Source: Camelus ferus
Lineage: Eukaryota
Assembly: GCF_009834535.1 (NCBI RefSeq)
Contig: NC_045696.1
Span: 85,996,001 to 86,060,000, forward strand
Direction: 5' to 3'
Length of the DNA stretch: 64,000 nucleotides
The notes beneath the pieces are model-generated. The model was not told the DNA's origin. It was given only the letters and a program-made list of their open reading frames with translations, and did no database searches. The first letter of the stretch is position 1. Each line of letters begins with the position of its first letter. Below are positions 60,809-64,000 of the stretch, piece by piece. A program made the translations under genes and the position numbers.

Positions 60809-63800
60809 ATGACATTAACTTTCAAATCAGAGTATGGAGGCATTTTTCTTAGCTTTATCTACCATTCTAAGTTTAACTGAACAAGTTCACCTACTCAGGA
60901 TTGAGTCTTCTTTATTGCAGATGATAATACTGAAATCTTTCTTTCATTAAACTTGTCAGTAATCTCCTTTTTTTTGTCATTATACTTGCCACTGACCTGC
61001 TGATGTTGAGTTAGTCCTACAGATGCTGGTGTTTTGGTAACATCTACCCATATTCTGTGGTCATGGAGATTGCCTATCAGCTCATTTCACTGATGATATT
61101 CTTACTCATTTTTCCTTATCATCACTTCAAAATTTGGCAGATTTCAAAATTTGGCAGGTTCAGAACTGTGCCAGCGTTATCATCTTCTTGGAACTGTACC
61201 TTTGTGGGTTGAATTATAGAATTCCTCTATTTTAAAAAACTAGTCTAATTTGTTAGGATGCAAGATGCGTTCTTTTTTTTTTTTTATCATTTTAGATGTG
61301 TGACTCATTATTGAGAAACAGAATTATCTTTTAACTTAACAGGAAAAATGAAAATACACAATATTTATTTCCAATTTCCATTATTTTCATAGCAAAGAGT
61401 TACTCCAAAAATGATGAGATAGCCAAATCATCAAGAATTTTTAATACCCAATGGAGGAAAATATACATATTAACCAAAAATGCCATTTTCTAATAGAACT
61501 ATGGCTCCTTCCACTCCTCTTTCCTCTTCTTTTCTATTCTTTTCATTTGTTCCACTCTTCCCCTCCCAAGGGATCAATATTAGCTAATTTAAGCTCTATA
61601 GACCATGAAAGTGAATGTTTTCTTTTCTTCCCCAATGGGTTAACTTTACCTTCCCTATCACAGGTATACTGAGGGCAGTGAGGTCAGCTTATTTCCAACA
61701 TACATAATGAACAGATTCTCAATCTTCTGACTCTTAAAATTTATTATATTCTGACAATTGGAAAAATTCAAGTATGAAATCCTCAGTTTAAGGATATTTG
61801 TAAAGGTAACATAGTTACCATTTACTTGGATGAAGATTTTAGAGAATTGATATATCATTTTGTCATGAAGCAAAAGTATGATTCAGCATAGGTCAACCCA
61901 TCGCTCCACAGTTTCACTAAGTCTGAGGATGTGCCAGACAGAGACAGATAATTTGAGACAAGTGCAGTAGTCTCTGTACAATAAATCTCTTCTATAGAGA
62001 CAATGATGTGGATCGGATGGGCCAGGTGTCAAGAAGAGAACAGCCAGCATCAACTAAGAAGACAGGTTTGGAGATGATACTGTTTGAACAGGTGCAGGAT
62101 ATCTACAAGTATAAAATATGTCCTCTACTGAATGGAACATGTCCAGTTGGGATAGGGGCTGATTTGTAACAGATGAAGAAAATCTACCAAACACCTGTTA
62201 GGTTTTCAGAAGAGAAAATGTTAGTGGTGTTAACTAACTAGGTTGTCTGATGATTATAAAAAAACTATTATGAGACAACTGAAATTTAAGTTTAATTTTT
62301 CTGTAATGCATCATCACCCTGAATTAATTCCCCTGGAGATGTGGGCAATACTAACTTGCCATCAGCAAAGCAATTTCTGCATGGGAGATGCTTGAGGACA
62401 GAGTAAAACATAAGTTGGAACTTCAGATTTATAGGCAAAAACCATAAATTATTTCACTAATACAACCAAATTGGCTGATTTGACTAAATTCTTACAACTG
62501 CTTTTCAATTCAACTATAGAATTGATTTATCTGGTTGTGTACTTACTTATGAAAGGACACAAGTTGGATGTGAAATATTTTTATTTTAAATCAGATGTGT
62601 TGCTTGTTTCTGGTGAAATCATTTGTAATGCCACCCTTAGACTAGTTTGAAGTTATTATAAATCAAAATTATTCAAAAAATTGAACCAAAACAGTTATAC
62701 TTGGAGGTACCTCTGAAATATTGTCCAGTATGGAAATTGGTATTTAATTTGAAGATAATATCAAATGTTTTATATTCAGTCTAATATATCATAATGTCTA
62801 GGTATGATATTCATGTGATCTATAAAACAGAAGTATAATACCTATAAATAAAGAACTCTTATAGTACCTATAATTTACTTAAAAATAGGCAAATCAGTAC
62901 TCTTGCTCAAAAGTTATATGGTAATAGATATGCAAATATATTTGAAGTGATATGATTAATTTAAATTTTGTAAAAATTTTAAGTACATTACAGTAGCAGT
63001 ATAGATTATTTAGAATCTTTATTCTATAACTAAATCTGAGACCCTAACTTTTTCAGCACAATGTCAAATGCTTACAAGCATTTTTAATATTTATTACATA
63101 GGGGTGTGCCCACCTAAAATAGACAAAGTAATTAAATGACTGTGAACTTGTCATACATATCAGTATTTCTTTAGCATATGTAGTCTTCAGACCTCTTCCT
63201 GAAAAAAATGGATCAGCAGGTTAAGCAACTCAAATCATTATAACTCTTGCAAACATTAAAAAATGTATCTGTTGAAGAAAGTTTAGCATCTCATGGTATC
63301 TCAGATATTATTTTTTCTTAATCTCATTAGTTTATAAATTAGAAAATGATTTAAAAATTTATATTAAGAGAGTCATAGGACAGGACCAGAATTAGTAGTC
63401 AAAACACTTGTTAGTCCATTGCTTTTATCAAACCAAAGTAAAACAACAAGCATAATTAAAAATAAATCAGCAACTACAGTAGAAGCATTATAAGATGCCA
63501 CTATTTTTTTAGTGTTTCACAGTTGCACATACTTTCACATAAATATTTTTAATATGGTAGAAAAATGTGCAATTCTCAAAGGAGATAAATCATTCTATTA
63601 TAAATACACTCAAAGTTCTTTAAGATCTGTGGCCTTTGTTTTGAATTTTCTACCTCTTGGTATTTGGGTGCCTACAACCAAACTTAGTCTTAGTTTGTTT
63701 TAAAAAATTGTTTAGCCACTTAGCCTGCTATATATACTACCCTAGTTAATTTTATAATGCTAATTCTAAAGGTTCAACTTTAAATCTCAAGACTCTCAGA

Positions 63801-64000
63801 ATATGATTAGTTGAAAAAAGAAAAATTTTTAAAAAATTAAAACAAGAATATGATTAGTTGGACACAGACTGTGGCCAGAGCCACATATGAGATAACACAG
63901 TGCTTAATACCTGCCTGATTTTTGAAGATAAATTCAGCACAACAGGTGTAAATGACACATTCACTTTATCCAAATCCATTCCCAAGATAAAATTCTGCCT

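Noticed and set aside
445..63703. The short ORFs (60-126 aa) of the six-frame track as protein-coding genes
   Set aside because: They are short, often start at non-ATG codons, have low-complexity F/L/I/S-rich composition and mostly fall in repeats. None resembles a known protein except L1 ORF2 and RPL19 remnants.

Overview
AT-rich, CpG-poor mammalian non-coding DNA (intergenic or deep intronic), most likely from a camelid (Camelus/Vicugna/Lama): it carries a Vic-1-type tRNA-derived SINE and young camelid-type L1 3' ends. I find no intact protein-coding gene, RNA gene, CpG island or prokaryote-type system. The listed ORFs are chance ORFs or translations of repeats. The one gene-derived sequence is a full-length, decayed processed pseudogene of RPL19 (minus strand, about 39.1-39.8 kb). 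Much of the window is recognisable interspersed repeat (old L1M and L2 fragments, MIRs, MaLR/ERVL/ERV1 solo LTRs, hAT and Tigger DNA transposons). Subfamily names are from memory of consensus sequences and need RepeatMasker/Dfam confirmation. The most unusual structure is at 28.4-30.0 kb, where two MLT1 LTRs of apparently different subfamilies are each followed by the same ~200 bp flank. Other items worth checking are an IRF/AP-1/PU.1 motif cluster, candidate non-coding exons and a 10-nt microexon, an inverted pair of young L1 tails, and poly(A)-only retrotransposition scars. I cannot support a claim of a new biological system here.
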